Positions 63,132 to 64,000 of a stretch of DNA of 64,000 bases are shown here, piece after piece. Source of the DNA: Octopus sinensis (Eukaryota); the NCBI RefSeq assembly GCF_006345805.1, contig NC_043025.1, positions 11,284,001 through 11,348,000 of the forward strand, given 5' to 3'. The notes beneath the pieces are model-generated. The model had not been told where the DNA came from. It worked only from the letters and a program-made list of their open reading frames with translations, and ran no database searches. Within the stretch, counting starts at the first letter, position 1, and every line of letters begins with the position of its first letter. The position numbers and the translations under genes are program-made.

Positions 63132-63432
63132 CACCCATGCGCTGCACACCATTCAGCAGGAAAATCTTCAGATTGTTGGTGCCCTTGATGGGGTCAATGC
63201 CATTCTTTTGTTTAAGGTCAACAAACAGCAGGTAGGTCTTTGCTCGGGGGATCGATAGGATGTCACTGGGTTGCTCCACGTAGCAATATTCCACCCTCAG
63301 GTTCGGCACATTCTGTTTCAGATTCTCTGTCAGTGATTCGTGAAGCTGATAGCGTTGGTCGAAATACAAAGAGCATACCACGTCGTCCAGGTCACTTTGT
63401 CGTATCATCTCCAAGATATTTTCAGAGGAATT
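63132..63432 (-). CDS. Internal exon of an unrecognised alpha/beta protein
   Basis: Long pyrimidine tract ...ctctcattag|AAT (phase 0) and donor G|gtgagt (phase 1). Open frame NSSENILEMIRQSDLDDVVCSLYFDQRY...TYLLFVDLKQ...KIFLLNGVQRMG. Confidence 0.75.
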
Positions 63433-63535
63433 CTAATGAGAGAAACAAAGAAAAAAAGGGAAGAAATAAATAAATCAAATCCAATAATAAATCTGTCTGG
63501 CTGTAGAGGAGATATAGAGAATACCAAACGAGTTC

Positions 63536-63646
63536 CCTATGGATACCGTATTATTACAACGAGTGGCTTGTAAACGTATCTATCGAGCGAAAGTGAGTTA
63601 GATACGTTTACAAGCCACGAGTTATAATAAATACGGTATCCATAGG
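63536..63646. repeat. Hairpin, ~47-bp arms, 16-nt loop
   Basis: 63536-63582 versus 63599-63646, 3 mismatches and a 1-nt bulge. Confidence 0.88.
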
Positions 63647-64000
63647 TAATCATCATCATCATCATCGTTTAGCGTCCGTTTTCCATGCTAGCATGGGTTG
63701 GACGGTTCAACTGGGGTCTGTGAAGCCAGAAGGCTTCATCAGGCCCAGTCAGATTTGGCAGTGTTTCTACGGCTGGATGCCCTTCCTAACGCCAACCACT
63801 CCGTGAGTGTAGCCTTTCTTCATAAGACAAATGCTTGAGACCAAGGACCATGTGGGTAGCCAGCTTCTGGACTCTTTTGAGATGATGTATGTATATATAT
63901 ATATATAAATAACCGCAAACATATAGGCGCAGGAGTGGCTGTGTGGTAAGTAGCTTGCTAACCAACCACATGGTTCCGGGTTCAGTCCCACTGCATGGCA

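Noticed and set aside
3586-63991. Many recurring 60-160 aa ORFs such as MLGGQTQT..., MTTDAGVFTS... and MGWTV...
   Set aside because: Translations of SINE families A-D, repeated wherever a copy occurs.

Overview
AT-rich, microsatellite- and SINE-dense eukaryotic DNA. The repeat content looks cephalopod, most likely Octopus; that is inferred from repeat appearance, not from a search. There is one 100-N assembly gap at 3204-3303. Five protein-coding loci are supported by translation and splice-phase logic. (1) The terminal exon of an atypical Rho-family GTPase (minus, 2420-3091), with a ~90-aa Asn/His/Asp insert and no CAAX box. (2) An eight-exon PRDM9-like gene (plus, 3304-18398). It carries an ancestral KRAB, SSXRD, zinc knuckle, a PR/SET domain with all three catalytic tyrosines, four degenerate fingers and a 16-finger minisatellite-like C2H2 array, all joined in one frame. 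(3) An intronless BRF1 (TFIIIB) on minus, 38718-40802. (4) A three-exon LRWD1/ORCA-like WD40 gene on plus, head-to-head with BRF1 and apparently lacking the LRR region. (5) The last two exons of an unrecognised protein (minus, 59795-63432). The rest is tRNA-derived SINEs, RTE/CR1/Penelope-like fragments, non-autonomous Helitrons (including a head-to-tail array), several MITE families, fold-back hairpins and an interstitial telomere-like tract. There is also a candidate spliced non-coding or micro-peptide transcript at ~25.8-29.4 kb. The most notable item is the PRDM9-like gene in an apparent mollusc, with a complete domain set and a finger array that varies mostly at DNA-contact positions.
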